A stretch of DNA of 64,000 bases from Octopus sinensis (lineage: Eukaryota). The translations under genes were made by a program, and so were the position numbers. How positions within the stretch are numbered: position 1 is the first letter of the stretch; every line of letters starts with the position of its first letter. The stretch covers positions 1 to 64,000 of the forward strand of contig NW_021836291.1 in the NCBI RefSeq assembly GCF_006345805.1, given 5' to 3'. The notes under the pieces are model-generated. The model saw nothing but the letters and a program-made list of their open reading frames with translations. It was not told the DNA's origin and searched no databases. Of this stretch, positions 49,075 through 62,175 are shown piece after piece.

Positions 49075-49495
49075 CATACTAAATAGGATTAACACCAAAC
49101 TAAGTGGGACTAGCAGAAAACTAAATGGGATTAGCAGAAACTAAGTAGGATTAACCTTCAAACTAAGTGGGACTAGCAGAAAACTAAATGGGATTAGCAG
49201 AAACTAAGTAGGATTAACCTTCAAACTAAGTGGAATTAACGTCAAACTAAATGGGATTAGCAGAAAACTAAGTGGGATTAACGTCAAACTAAGTGGGATT
49301 AGCAGAAAACTAAGTAGGATTAACCTTCAAACTAAGTGGGAGTAATTTGCGTGGGAACAGCTGTTCCATTCGGCTTGCTGGCAGATTAATTTCTGATTAA
49401 TTTAACTTTCCTATTCTTCAAAAAAAGCTATAATCTTTAAAAAAAAAGTGGGAGTAACATCAAACTAAGTGGGATTAACGTCAAACTAAGTGGAT
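49075..49495. repeat. Left subterminal array of ~22-bp units (aactaagtgggattagcagaa variants)
   Basis: Seen directly; mirrored in inverted orientation at 50565-50730. Confidence 0.9.
49346..49445 (+). mobile_element. 100-bp retroposed insertion with A-rich tail and 12-bp TSD
   Basis: aagtgggagtaa at 49334-49345 and 49446-49457; the insert ends in an A-run and contains the palindrome ggaacagctgttcc. Confidence 0.7.
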
Positions 49496-50744
49496 TACGT
49501 TTATTATAAACATTATATTTCGACGCAGCAAATAAAAATGCCACGTAAATCATTGGAAGAGAAAAATCAAATGCATAGAAGTAGAATACATTTAATTTCA
49601 GCTGCAGAATCAGGTAGAGATTGGAAAAAAACAGCACTTGAACTCAATATCTCGAGAACAACAACATATCGTTGGATAAGGGATGGAGTTAAACCTGACA
49701 CGAGAGGTGGAAATTATAGAAAAAAGTTTGACAAAAAACATGTCGACTTTTTTATATCATGCATTGAAGACGATAGCACACTTACCCTTCATGGAATAAA
49801 AAGAAAATTTAAATTAGTTTTTCCAAAATTATCAATATCAAAATCAAGTATCGCTCGACATCTCGATCTAAGTTTGTATACATTAAAGAAAGTGAGATTC
49901 GAGCCGGAAAAAGCTAATTGTGAAATTCACAAAATCAAGAGAAAGGAATTTGTTGAATCGGAAAACAGACAAATTTGCTTTATGGATGAATCAAACTTTA
50001 ATCTCTATATCAGCAGGACAGAAGGAAGATCGCTAAAGGGAACAAGATGCACTACTCTAGCGGCTGCATCAAAAGGGTCGAATGTACATATAATTGGATG
50101 CATCTCAAATCTAGGACTCATTTACTATGAAATCCGAAGGGGAGCTTTTAAAAAAGAGCAGGCTTGTGATTGGATGAAAATTTGTTTGAGGCAAGCACGG
50201 ATTAAACATGGTGGTCCAGTTATTATAGTGTTGGACAATCCACCAGCTCACGTGGTATCGAAGAAGTTTTTCGATTGGAAAAATTTAATGATTTTCACAT
50301 TCTTCGTCTCGGTCCGTACAGCCCAATGCTTAACCCCATCGAAAATGTATGGTCAAAAGTAAAAGCTCACGTGAAAAGAGACATCGCTTCTAAAAAAACC
50401 AAATTTTATTCCAACAAGGAGAAGGCTTGTCAATTAAAGAGCATCGAAACGGATACTTGAACAAATAATTGTAGATAGAATGATAGAATGAAACAAATAT
50501 TGCCGACACACTAAATATGAAATTAAAAAAAAAATTTTTTTGTGTTAATTCAATTTAGTTTGCTATTAATCCCATATTGTTTGGTATTAATCTCACTTAG
50601 TTTGATGTTAATCCCATTTAGTTTTATGCTAATCCCACTGAGTTTTCTGCTAATCCCACTTAGTTTGATGTTAATCCCACTTAGTTTTCTGCTAATCCCA
50701 CTTAGTTTTGGTGTTAATCCCATTTAGTATGGGAAATGGTATCA

Positions 50745-51110
50745 AATCAAATCAAAATTTATTCCAAAGACCACCGTTAACCAAGAAAAAACTAACTAGG
50801 TGATCCCGACGAATTTGATCATTGCTCTCAGCTTCGCTCTGTGCTGCTCTCTTGAGCCCACACAAGATCGTTGAGGGCGGATCGTTTCTTTATACCATTG
50901 ATGCCCTTTGTATTCTTTTCAATGAGAGTTTCGAAAGAGATTGGTGGTTTGATAGTTTCACCTGTATACCACCTTTCGTTCGGTAAGTGTGAAAGCTCTT
51001 TTCTGGGTTGCGGAGATTTTACGGATGTTTGTATTCGAGATCAGTGGCCCCATGAGGCACAAACATATGAGATACATGGTTCGATATACTGTGAGTAGAG
51101 TGTTTTAAGT
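50745..51110 (-). mobile_element. LINE 3' fragment with (ATTTG)n-type tail
   Basis: WGH..R ... HRAKLRAMIKFVGIT* resembles the end of the 7446 LINE ORF; tail atcaaatcaaatcaaaat on the plus strand. Confidence 0.55.
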
Positions 51111-51896
51111 ATAGGTTGAGAAGTATAGATATTAAATAAATTTGTTCAGTTTTTTTGGGTTCTGAATTATCAATAAATGAAAAACCATATAAATATAATA
51201 TTTTTAGAAAAATAAAAAAATAAACAATACTTTATTTAATGTTTTAAATCAATAGAAGTTATTTTTTAGATATTGTTTCATAATAAATTTATAGAACTCC
51301 TCTCAGAGATTGGTTTAATCATCTCGAGGAGGAGTCACGACAGTCGTGAAACGAGCTGGCTTTTTCAGCGGATATCGTTCGCAAAAGTTCGTCTGCTACT
51401 GTCGACCACCAATTCAATTGCTTGAATCTTCCTGCGGAAAATGGCAATCGGGATTCTAACTGACTTTGTGGTGTACAGCATAAAAGACGGAGACCATGGC
51501 TGATGTTCAGGAAGGTGTAATATTCATGCCCTTTTTAATTTAAGTTTTCAAAATCGCCATTGTATTTAAATTAGTTGTTGTTTTTACTTGTTCCATAATC
51601 ATTCTAGTTTTTTCAATTTTAGCAAAAATGTCCTCCTCCATTGCTCTTGACTGGTGTCGTGAGTGTTCTTACGGACTCACTTGGCAAAATAGTTGCTGCA
51701 GTTTAAGATTCTGTTAGTTTCAATCTCAGACAGGAGCACTGATACGCATTCCCGATGACACGACTAGTTTACAATTCAAAAAGACAGCGCATGTGACATC
51801 CAAATAAACGACTTTAAAAACTGAAAACAAGCTCAACTGATTATAGCATTGAGTCACATCCGGTCTCTTCAATGTCAACAGAAGAAAGACAAGAAT

Positions 51897-52701
51897 TCAC
51901 AACGAATGCAAGTATTTATTGATAAATGCACTCCCAGCAGAGTCAATCACACTCACCCTCTCAGCTCGATGACTTCTCTGTCGCGACAAAAATTGTTCCT
52001 CCAAGTTAAGTCGACTGAGAACAGCCCTACTCCTGTTGACGTCGACGAGTATCCTCAGAACAGACATCTCCTCTTCTATCCTCCTTTCACTCAAATCACG
52101 ACTAATCCGCAGATACCGCTGTTCGTACACGTCCTCACAATACTCGCTCGTCTTCTCACTCATCACATTCTCCACACTCCACTCATTTTTCGAGTAGGGA
52201 ATACACAACTCACGCCTTTCCTCCAATTCGGCCGGATGATGACTCTCATGCTTATTTTGGAGGTGGACAAGTCGGTCTTGTGCCGCACTGAGCACACCAA
52301 GTGACTTGTCCAGTCGGCTGATGGTCGACTGAATGTCCATTTCGACATCCGCATAGACATTGTCCTCCAATAGACAGGGCCTTCTGAAGTAGTTGGAGTT
52401 ATCCACCACTCCGAGACTCCGTTTGAATGGTGTGTTGGCAGATCTTGTGGAAATTAGAAAAGTGAGTACAATTCGTCCCATTCGTTGGGCTTTTCCCACT
52501 GTGAACAGACGGTGACGTAGTTGTAGTAATAGAGGACTCCACGAGAACTCTTGTGGAGAGACCAGTTGCCGGACACGTCCAGTGCTGACTTGAGAGCCTA
52601 AAGTAGTCTTGTGACACAACCTCGGTCTTCCGGAGCAATTCAGTCGACTTTCCGTGCTTGGAAGTTGATTTTATTGGCCCTGACTTATTCATTAACTTCA
52701 T
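51897..52701 (-). CDS. WAC: WW-domain adaptor with coiled coil, WAC-like
   Basis: WSLHKSSRGVLYYYNYVTVCSQWEKPNEW (WW domain) after intron 52598-52620; intron 52444-52469; C-terminal EMSVLRILVDVNRSRAVLSRLNLEEQFLSRQ coiled coil; 3' end uncertain. Confidence 0.75.
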
Positions 52702-54096
52702 ATAAATTTCCTATTATCGGATTAGCAAAAGTTGTGTATGATTAAGTTATTAATACATCATAAATAAAAATGCTACATTAGTCACCACGTCATACAACTG
52801 TTAAATTAATAACAAAAATTAATTAAAAATATCTTTTTAAATTTTACCTTTGTTTAATAATGAAGTTAAAAGTAAATCTCTCAATATTTTGCTTGACCGG
52901 CTAATCCATCAATAGTCAGGGATGTGTAAAAAACCCGTCCAAGGTCGTCTCTCTGTGTCCAAATCTGCAGATTATGGGGAATCATAGGCGAGTTGTCTCC
53001 ATTAAATAGATCAAATAGTAACAAAAATGATAACACATAACAAGATTTTTTATCACTTAACAATCAATTTTTATTTAGTAATTTGTTAAATCATTCTGTT
53101 TATATATTAAAATTTACTAGCCAGTTTTAGTAATTGATTAATTAATTTAGAATATATCCAATTACTCTTTCAATCTTTAAGATTGTTTAATTACAGACAT
53201 AACTAATGAGCATTAAAATGAACAAATATCTGTTCACAAGTGTGATAAACTGGAGAAGGTTCTATTCGAAAATAATGTTCATAAATTGAATTTTGAAAGC
53301 ATTTTTGAGAAAAAAGATGTGAAAAAGGTAGAAACTGAGAATTTGATGGCATCTTAATGACTGACCGTGAGACTACGTCGCCCGACTTAAAGAGTTTGTT
53401 TTGTATTAACCATCTCCTAATTTGTATCTTCTAATTGAAAACAAAGAAAATATTTGTGTGGAGTCAATCGAAACTACCCAGACAATTTGGTTAATAAAGA
53501 AGCTTGAGTTTCCTACTATTCAGACCCCCGAACAATCAGAATGTAGAATCTTTAATTGGTTGGCTTTAGAAAGAAATTATTTCCCCAGTAGTGAGGCACT
53601 ATATTGTCCACTACAGTATGGGTTTTCAATCAAAAAAACATTGTGTAATCAAAAGAGAAGTGGGTCACTTGGCAACCCAGTAGGGGAAAATGCTCAACGT
53701 CATAAGACATAAACAAGTCGTCGAATTTTTCACCTGTATGTAAACAGCAAAATTACAAATTAAAAGGATACTCAACAATACTACACAAAATGTTGATTCT
53801 GCAAAACGTGCATGGTATTCAAATTAACAAAGAGGAAATAAATGCACCCAACACCCCATATTGAAGCAACCTACTAAATGCATGGAAAGTAATATAGAGT
53901 CGTAATTGATTGAGAAAGAATATAAATAAGTAGTGTTTACTATTTTGTAGTCTTAAAAAAAGACTACTCTTCAGAGGATAACGAGCGAATGGATAACTTT
54001 TAAATTAACTATTTTTAATTATTTTCTGTGATTAAAGTTAATAAAATTTGAATTAAAAAATTATTGAATCAACATTTAGACAACGTGTTAATTAAA

Positions 54097-55299
54097 ATGG
54101 TGCTCGTGTGATTTCTTTATATTGTTATTATTACTTTCTCATATAATTTACCTCTATAGTCCTGTCCACTCATCAACGTGTACAACTTGAAGGGAGAACG
54201 ATCCGAATCAACAGTAGCCTTACCAGCAGTATTCCAAACTCAAATCAGGCCTGACATTGTTTCCAAAGTGGCCGATGAAATGCGGAAGAACACCCGCCAG
54301 CCATATGCAGTCTCCAAGACAGCCGGAGTGAAGGTCACCGCCCACTCCTGGGGAACTGGGCGAGCCATGTCCAGGATTCCTCGGGTTGTCGGGTCGGGGA
54401 CTGGTCGAGCCAGTCAAGGAGCATATGGAAATATGTGTCGAGGTGGCCACATGTTCGGAGGGACCAAAATATTCCGTCGATGGTACAGAAAAATCAATCT
54501 CCGACAAAAAAGATTTGCCATTTGTTCTGCCATCGCTGCCTCGGGAGTGTCCTCGTTGGTTATGGCCAAAGGTTAGTCCGCGGGAGGCAGTTTAGGCCAC
54601 CGAGTGGAGCAAGTGCCCGAATTCCCGCTGGTCCTGGGAGACGACGTGGAGAGTTTGACCAAAACGAAGGACGCGGTCTCTGCCATGAGAAATGTGAAGG
54701 CATATGTGGACGTGGAGAAAGTGGTGGACACCAAAAGACTGAGACCTGGACGGGGCAAAATGAGGAATCGACGACATGTGCTCAAAAAGGGCCCGTTAGT
54801 TATCTACAAGGAAGATAACGGGATTACAAGAGCCTTCAGGAATATTCCTGGTTTTCCGTGTTTTTTTATTTTGTAGGAGTGGACTTGTTGCCGGTGTCTC
54901 AGCTCAATCTGAGAGTATTCGCTCCTGGTGGTCACGTGGGGAGATTTGTGATATGGACTGCGGGGGCTATTAGTAGTTTGGATGCTCTCTATGGGACGTG
55001 GTCTACGCCTTCTCTCTGCAAGGTCGATTGGAACCTCCCCCAGCCGATGATGACGGTGACGGATATTCGACGTATTCTGAGGAGTGAGGAGATTCAGAAA
55101 GAAATATGTGACCCACTTAAGATGAAGAAGAGGGCCACTAGTAAGAGGGCGAGGAAGGTCAATCCTCTCAAGAGCAGAGCCCAGATGGAGAGACTCAATC
55201 CTTGCCTGATTCAAGTTCACAGGCAAGTTCCTATGGATGTTTAATTTCTCTTAACCAGTCTCGTATTTTGTCACCTTTCATTAAATATTCCTTGTAGCC
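54097..55299 (+). CDS. RPL4: 60S ribosomal protein L4
   Basis: [14 protein letters not shown]...[16 protein letters not shown]...[10 protein letters not shown]...KG|HRVEQV...[11 protein letters not shown]...[13 protein letters not shown]; introns 54572-54595 (24 nt) and ~54851-54876; last exon approximate. Confidence 0.97.
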
Positions 55300-56199
55300 C
55301 ATTGCTAAGACCCCGTTTTTTTGCGAGGCACCTCACTAAATTGTAAGAATATAATCCAGTGACTTTAATTTTCTTGAGTACATATTTCTGTTAAATTTTG
55401 TCAGTTTCTGCATTATAAATCAACAGTTGCAATATTGTATTTTACGCAATGAATTCTCCGATAGTAGCCATTTGTGTTTTCTCTAAATTAACGACTCGTA
55501 GAATTAATGCCTTCTCAGTGATTGGTTTCATGTTCCAAGTCATGACAAATTTGGAAAAGCATTTGGTGCTGAAGACTGAGTTTATTATTTTGTGGACAAA
55601 GTCTTATATTGTTTGGCGATCACAAGTGGATATCATCCTCCGTGAGAATTTAGCAAACATTTTTATCAATTAGTTCAAATTTGCCATTCTGTTAGTTGAT
55701 ACACTGGTTGATTAATGCTTGTTCTTTGGCTCTAAACAATTGTTTAATGTATTTGTGACTAAATAAAATTCTTTATAAAAAAATTTTTCTAATTGCAAGA
55801 ATCATGTTCGCTTGCTCCTCTAATATGAGGAATTAGTGTTTAATTATTCAATTACTTGAATTAAGTAGTTTAAAATATAACATAAGGAACTTAATGGAAA
55901 TAAAAAGAATGGATGATAGACAAAAATTCCTTGACATCTTCAGATTTATATAATCCAGATTTCCAGCCGTATGGTACTTTACGTTCCCTTTTACCATTAC
56001 TCTGAAGAATTAGATGTTTGATTCTTATAAAGAAAGTTGTAATTTTTTATTAGTTGCTAGCTAGGGTTGTAAATTAAAACACTCTTTGATTAATTTGATT
56101 TTTTGTTTTTTCCAGATATTTTTCAAAATGAGAAATCCACATTCATTAAACTTAAATTAAATACTGGCATTCTCTCCCTTCAATATTAGGAAAAAGTAT

Positions 56200-57100
56200 C
56201 TCCGATTCAGTTCAAAGCATCAGTTGTGTCTTCTGAACTTCTTTCTCAATCATGCATTTTAAGTCTCTTTTCTATGATTTTAATCTCATCTTAGGTACAT
56301 AATTTTCCCATCTTCTTTCTACGATATCCACGTTGACACAATACTTCTCATTTTTAGTCATCGAACATTTTCTTGGTGCTCAGTAATCGACGTAACTTTT
56401 TCGAGCTGTTTCTTCAATTTATGTTGTTTATTTTTCATATTCTTGCTCCGGTCGCTCTTCTTGTTACGAAAATGTGAAAATACGTCATAGGTTTTCCACG
56501 TTAGGTTTCTGGGGCAATCATCACCATTTAAATAGAATTTCAAAGACACTTTCCTTGATAAAAATAACACCAAAACACTCCCAATCCAACATGTCGGTGA
56601 CCTCAAAATGATTAGATTTACTCCTTCACAAGCTGAGCTAAATACAGTCTTTGCTGACTTTGGTGCCGGTTCTCCGTCCCCTACAATCCAGACACTCAAC
56701 TCTCCATTAATGAAATGGTCTCTCTTATTGACGACAAAATTTCCAAGTGTAAAACTCAACAGTCAGTCAAAAACGCCTTCCCAGCCTTGGACTCGAAGTA
56801 CGTTCTCACGTGTGTTGTGGAAAGCTAACAAACGTTTTATTCCAATCCAGAGTTGAGGGAAAGGAGAATATAGCGGTGGTACACTGTCTCATTTATATTA
56901 CACTGCCGCCTCCATGATAAAGTAGACTTTTCTTATTGTTAAATCATACTAATAGTTCGTGTTAGTCCAGTCTTAACAGATAATGTTCCCACAACTCCTC
57001 CAATCGCACTTCTCACACACTGTCCAGTCACCAAACAACCCTACTCGGTGCCCTGTTCGTTATTTCCGTGGAGTTGCAACCATTCTTGTATTTGAATGAA
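56200..57100 (-). CDS. Hypothetical multi-exon gene (unassigned)
   Basis: Exon-like frames with short GT-AG interruptions (VPPLYSPFPQLWIGIKRLL...; basic tail KNKQHKLKKQLEK); no family recognised. Confidence 0.25.
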
Positions 57101-59096
57101 CCAGGACTATGTTAGACTATTAACCATACCTTGTCAACTCAATGTAGTCATAGCACGTGCTGTCTTCCTCTCTTTGGTCATGAATTCTATATAAGTGAGT
57201 ATAGAGTGTACACAAATGCAGTCTCATTGCTACCCCTGGCACATATAGCCGACTTGAAGGACAGACTAGGACTTGATATTAAAATAGAACTATATCTTCA
57301 ATTTGGAGGAGGCAAAGTAGAATAACTTGAAGACTAAGTGTTTTGGAATCCACCTACATTTAGTGTGCCCATTACACATATAATAATTCTGTGTTCGTTT
57401 CAAACGCGTTTCCGTGAATGAATTTGAGACCATCACACTTCTCCAGTTCTCTACATTAGTAGTGACACTCTTCTCACACTATCCACAGCTTCTTCAGATT
57501 TATCAAACTATTCTCTTGTATTGCCGTGAGAGAATTTCCGGTGCATCTACTATTCAATGGGCAATCCAACACTACAGAGATTGGAGATTACTCAATTGGG
57601 AGAATATTGGCCCGTCAGGGAAGTGGACGAATCGATGAATGGTAATGCCCGTCACCATAGGCTTTGTGTGTATGTCAAAAGTGCAATTATTGAGACTAAA
57701 CAGATAAAATTTGAACATACACTTTATTGAGGGGACAAATGGGAATATCGGACACGATGAACGAAATCAGGGTCAGCAACATTTGAATAAGTTAAAGAAT
57801 GATTATATATTTACAAATGGTTAGCCATTCCGTTTAATAGTATAAAAATAGATTATTTGAGAGAATATTATTTAATTCGATTATTCAAATGAACAATCCA
57901 CTAAAATAGTGAATATTTAATCAAGGAAAAACTAACGGACAATTTTTTTAGCTGCACCCAACAAACTTGTTAGATTGAAGAAAACCCCAATTGGTAAACA
58001 AGAATAAATCCCTGTGTTACTGTGATCTGCTTCCTTTTGTGCCAATATCTTCGACAAATTTGAACCCGATTTTGAATTTTAAGAATGCTCAGTCCTCTGT
58101 CCAGCCTTAGTCAATCTTTACAGCAGTGTCCTCCACATTCTAATATAAACAGCGAGATTAAAAACATGGCAAGTAATCGTCTCTTCTGTTCTGCGTACAT
58201 CAGTGGTTCTCAAAGTTTTTTTTCCTTGGATACCCTTTGTCATCTAAATAATTTTTCCCGTACTCCTTATGGATTTTAAAAAATTAAGGAACAAAATTAG
58301 TTAGTTAATGAGATGGATGATGTTGTTTATCAACCACTAATCTATCGATTTCTGGATCCTTCGACGAAAGACACCCGAATATCATGAACAACATTCAGCC
58401 TCTACAAAACCAATGTTGTGATATCATTTTACACCAAAATTCGCCGTACATGTTAGTTGTGAGGAGTCAAGAGACTGAGTTGAATCAAACGCACCTCTCC
58501 CCGCTTATCCCTTTGCATTCTTGGTGAATAGCGAATGCCAGTCTTCATCTCCATTTCATTTTCCAAACAGATAACCAATTTGTGTTTTTGGTTAATATCG
58601 TCCTTTTGATAAAGACTATGAATTATGAATTGAAAATACCGATCATCAATTTTCATAAATTGATTCGCTTTTTTTATCGGATAAGTCCTGAATTATTTCT
58701 CTCTTGAAAATACAATTAGGAACTGTCTTTAACTGTTTTAAAAGAATTCGTAGACTTTACGCTTATGGAAGAATATACACTTGCATTTCGCTCATCTGCA
58801 GTGCCAGTTAGTGTCGTACATACAAACAAAAAAAGTTCAAACAAAGCATAAATAAGACCTTCTACAATAAATTGTCAAGTCTGACAGGAATCCACGTCAG
58901 TCGGAGAATACCGTGAATAAAGAGTATGAGAATAGAAACAATAAAGTAGGAAAATAGTTGCATACAATCTTTCTTTATTTTCTAGTATCAGATATACCCA
59001 ATGATTTACCAGGATTCCACGTACATCAATAGTTGTATGGGCTTAAACAATTCGACTAAATTTATAATAAAATAAAAAACTTTTTCTGGTGGTGTC

Positions 59097-59588
59097 ATGT
59101 CAACTCCTGCCAGACGACGCCTTATAAAGGATTTTCAATGCCTCCGGGATGACCCTCCTGCAGGTGTAAGTGCTGTGCCAACGGATGACAATATAATGCA
59201 GTGGAATGCAGTCATATTCGGGTAGAACTGCTCAAACCAGTCTAGTCCTTGTGGGACACCCTTCCAAGACGGAATATTCAAACTGACTCTCATATTCACA
59301 GAGGACTACCCCAAGTCTCCCCCCCTCCCTCGATTCGTCACAGAAGTGTTTCATCCCAATGTGTACCAGAACGGGAATATCTGTCTCGACATCCTCCACA
59401 ACCGATGGTCGGCCACCTACGACGTCTCCGCACTGCTCACATCCCTCCAGTCCCTTCTGGACACTCCCAACACGGACTCCCCCGCCAACACATCTGCCGC
59501 CAATCTATACATTTCCGACAGGGCGGAGTACAATCGGCGGGTGAGGGACTGTGTTGAACACAGCTGGAATTGGACTGCATTCACATGA
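59097..59588 (+). CDS. UBE2A/B: Ubiquitin-conjugating enzyme E2, Rad6
   Basis: [13 protein letters not shown]...WNAVIFG|[13 protein letters not shown]...[37 protein letters not shown]; 24-nt intron 59222-59245. Confidence 0.97.
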
Positions 59589-59589
59589 C

Positions 59590-60205
59590 TTATTTCCAGT
59601 TCTTCAGTTTTTATAGCCACTGACCCTGCGCTGATTGCCGAGTCCTTGCACGTAGAGTCCCACGCGAGACATTAATCCACGTTTCTACGGACAAGCTTCA
59701 CAGCTTCCAGTTCGGTAGGGAATCCAGCGGCTTGTAAGCAGGCGAAATGATTTGGTTGATGGCGGAGTGTATGGCCGGCATTCCTTTTGCATGAAAGGGG
59801 TGTAATCCTTTACTGCCACATCGGCATTGCCCCAGACCAGACATTAAGGCCTAAGCTCATTATCTAGAAAAATGAGAGCAAGGGAGGGCATTAAGCCACA
59901 CACCACTTTTAGGTCTAGGGGCAGCATTGAAACAAGCGAGGCGGTGTTGATTGAATGTAGTTCTGATTGCGTCAATTTTAGCTTTGCTGGAAACATCATT
60001 GGCGTGAAATGTTGGATGGAATAGCCAATCCGGATGCCTTCCAGTGAAAACCCGGTCCTCTTCCAATCCGGGGAGAATAACGTAGAATGAAGACGGGGGG
60101 ACTGGCCCGTGAGGAGAGAAAAGCAGGGAGGACCATGTCCAGTGGCGAACGTAGTCCAACTCCACCAAGGCGTAGAGATAATTTGAAAGCACCACGAAGT
60201 TTCAA
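59590..60205 (-). mobile_element. Degenerate CRE retrotransposon fragment
   Basis: LSLRLGGVGLRSP; SGVWLNALPCS; LGL...CRCG..GLH; broken by frameshifts. Confidence 0.75.
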
Positions 60206-60242
60206 TCAGTTTAAATCAGCATCACAAATCGACACATTTAAA

Positions 60243-60962
60243 TCACAAAAAAGCACAAAAGTCCACATTGTGACGGGCCAGTCTCAAATCGAGTACATTT
60301 TTGACAATTCTGCTGTGGAGAGCCAGTTTGGAGTCGTCGTGCAAGTCCCACACACTTTCGGGGACCTCAGTCTCCTCTGCGGGGACATTCACCGTGAAAA
60401 TGAAGGCCGAGTTGGGCACGGCGTAGTTCTCGTGGTCACACCAAGTGAAGAACAATTCCAAGACCGACGACCCAAACTCGGAAATGTCAGCAAACACATT
60501 GACACGTGAAATATTGATGTGAGAGGAGGGGGGGTCGAACACACTGGCCGAGGGGGAGAGCACTCGGGCTATTCTGGTGGCCACGCACTTGGAGAGGGCC
60601 TTCCCCGTCGACTGGTCGTACACAATCATCAGCACTGCAGGCTCTGCACGGGCCGGGTCGTGGAAATGTCGGATGAACGACTTGATGGTCGGTTTGAGCA
60701 CATTTGGCTTGGAGGAGTCCACCAGCAAATCCAATTCCTCCATCAATTTCGAGATTTCTCCACTTTTGACTGGATTTGAGGCTCTGTGTGTGAGGTAGAC
60801 GTCCAGGCCGACGAGAATGAGCACCGTAAATGACAAAAACCAATTCATTCTGCGAGCACACCTCACTCGCTCGTAGCGAATTAAACGGCAATTCGTCCTG
60901 CCTGCATTCCTCAGTTGGGCACTTTCTAATCACATCACTATTATTATCTCACTAGCCACCAT
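60243..60962 (-). CDS. TOR1AIP: Torsin-interacting protein (LAP1/LULL1-like luminal domain)
   Basis: TM helix then EPAVLMIV...FFTWCDHENYAVPNSAFIFTV...KLALHSRIV (arginine-finger motif); start inferred via a 27-nt intron near 60926-60952. Confidence 0.82.
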
Positions 60963-60997
60963 CGACAAGAAATTATTTTAAATCATTTTAATAAAAA

Positions 60998-61753
60998 TTA
61001 TCGCAGTCCATCGGCAATGACGGAAGCCATACAAGTCAGAACAAACTTTAAATCAACAGTGACATCATCGGCCACAGTAACCTTAGCAATAAACTCCTCT
61101 TTCAAGGAATGAGGGAGTTGGATGGACTGCCCCAACTGAATATATTCACTTTGAATGAAAATATTCTGACATATTCAGACAAACAACCTTCATTCGCAAA
61201 GCCGACGAAATGTGCCAGGATTGTAACTCAAAGGAGAGGGAAGGGTTGACGGGCACTTGGAGGCGAAGGGCAGTCAGGAAATCACTAATCTGGACATTTG
61301 CAAGTGTCGAATACCTTCCGAACGTCCCGAGAGAGCATGTTAGTCCTGGCACTGTCGGGCTATCCAATCACTATGTGTCCTACCAGTCTGTTCTGCTTCC
61401 AAAAGTCCATGTTTTGGGGGGAAGGATACACGGCCAGCCCAGAGGGGTATAAATGATCACGGAATAGTGTTCGGGGCACAGTCACCACGTCTCCGCGGTA
61501 TCCATAATCTTCTGTTAATTTTTAGGCAAACCTTCAACAAAATCGGTGAGAATGCACTCGATTGGTGGTCGGGGGGTCAGATCAGTGTTCTCCACGAGTT
61601 CGTAGTGGTCGTATTCCTCTTTGTAGTCAATGTAGTCTCCTCCTTTCACGGGGATGGGGAACATTCTGCGCACAATGTGTGTCCTCTGCCAAATTAGACA
61701 TTGCAGCACACCGCTTTAGGGATAACAGACATGCGTGCCACAAAAGACAACAT
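60998..61753 (-). CDS. MRPL9: Mitochondrial ribosomal protein L9
   Basis: IECILTDFVE|DYGYRGDVVTVPRTLFRDHLYPSGLAVYPSPQN; several mini-introns. Confidence 0.9.
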
Positions 61754-62175
61754 TGAGATTATATTTATTCGAATTATTAATTAGTTCATCAGTCCAGCAC
61801 TCCAAATAATCATATCTGTTATTTGTAAATACTCACCTCCCCAGGAAAATGCTGACTGGCCACAATATTTGCTATGTAAATCCAGACTGATATTATCAAG
61901 ATGGGAATTATTTTGGCATAATCCCAGATTGGACAAGTAATATTTATACTGGGCAACGGAAACAGACTTCAGCCAGCCTAAAAGATGAACGAACTGGGAT
62001 GCCTGCTAGCATAGTTAAGGCGAAAACCCTTACACGATAGAGCTCTTAACTAACTCTCAGTCGCCTGCTCTGTAGATCCCGAATTTAGAAGAAATAACAC
62101 ATTTATACCACCTTGTCTACTTGCAACATTTCCTAAGCAGACATGATGTTATAGAAATGGTAAAAACACAGAATA

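Larger units (their letters stand above)
49065..50741 (+). mobile_element. Tc1/IS630-superfamily transposon, near full length, with subterminal ~22-bp repeat arrays
   Basis: Ends accatttcccatactaaat / atttagtatgggaaatggt; transposase 49538-50460 with HTH, FMDESNFN, IVLDN, YSPMLNPIENVW; one frameshift at ~50249. Confidence 0.9.

Noticed and set aside
52881-53063. Short ORF with a signal-peptide-like start
   Set aside because: Begins with TTG, has no in-frame ATG before the hydrophobic stretch, and has no other support.
59570-59600. CRE fragment supplying the UBE2A stop codon
   Set aside because: Rad6 C-termini vary naturally in length and the junction cannot be placed precisely.
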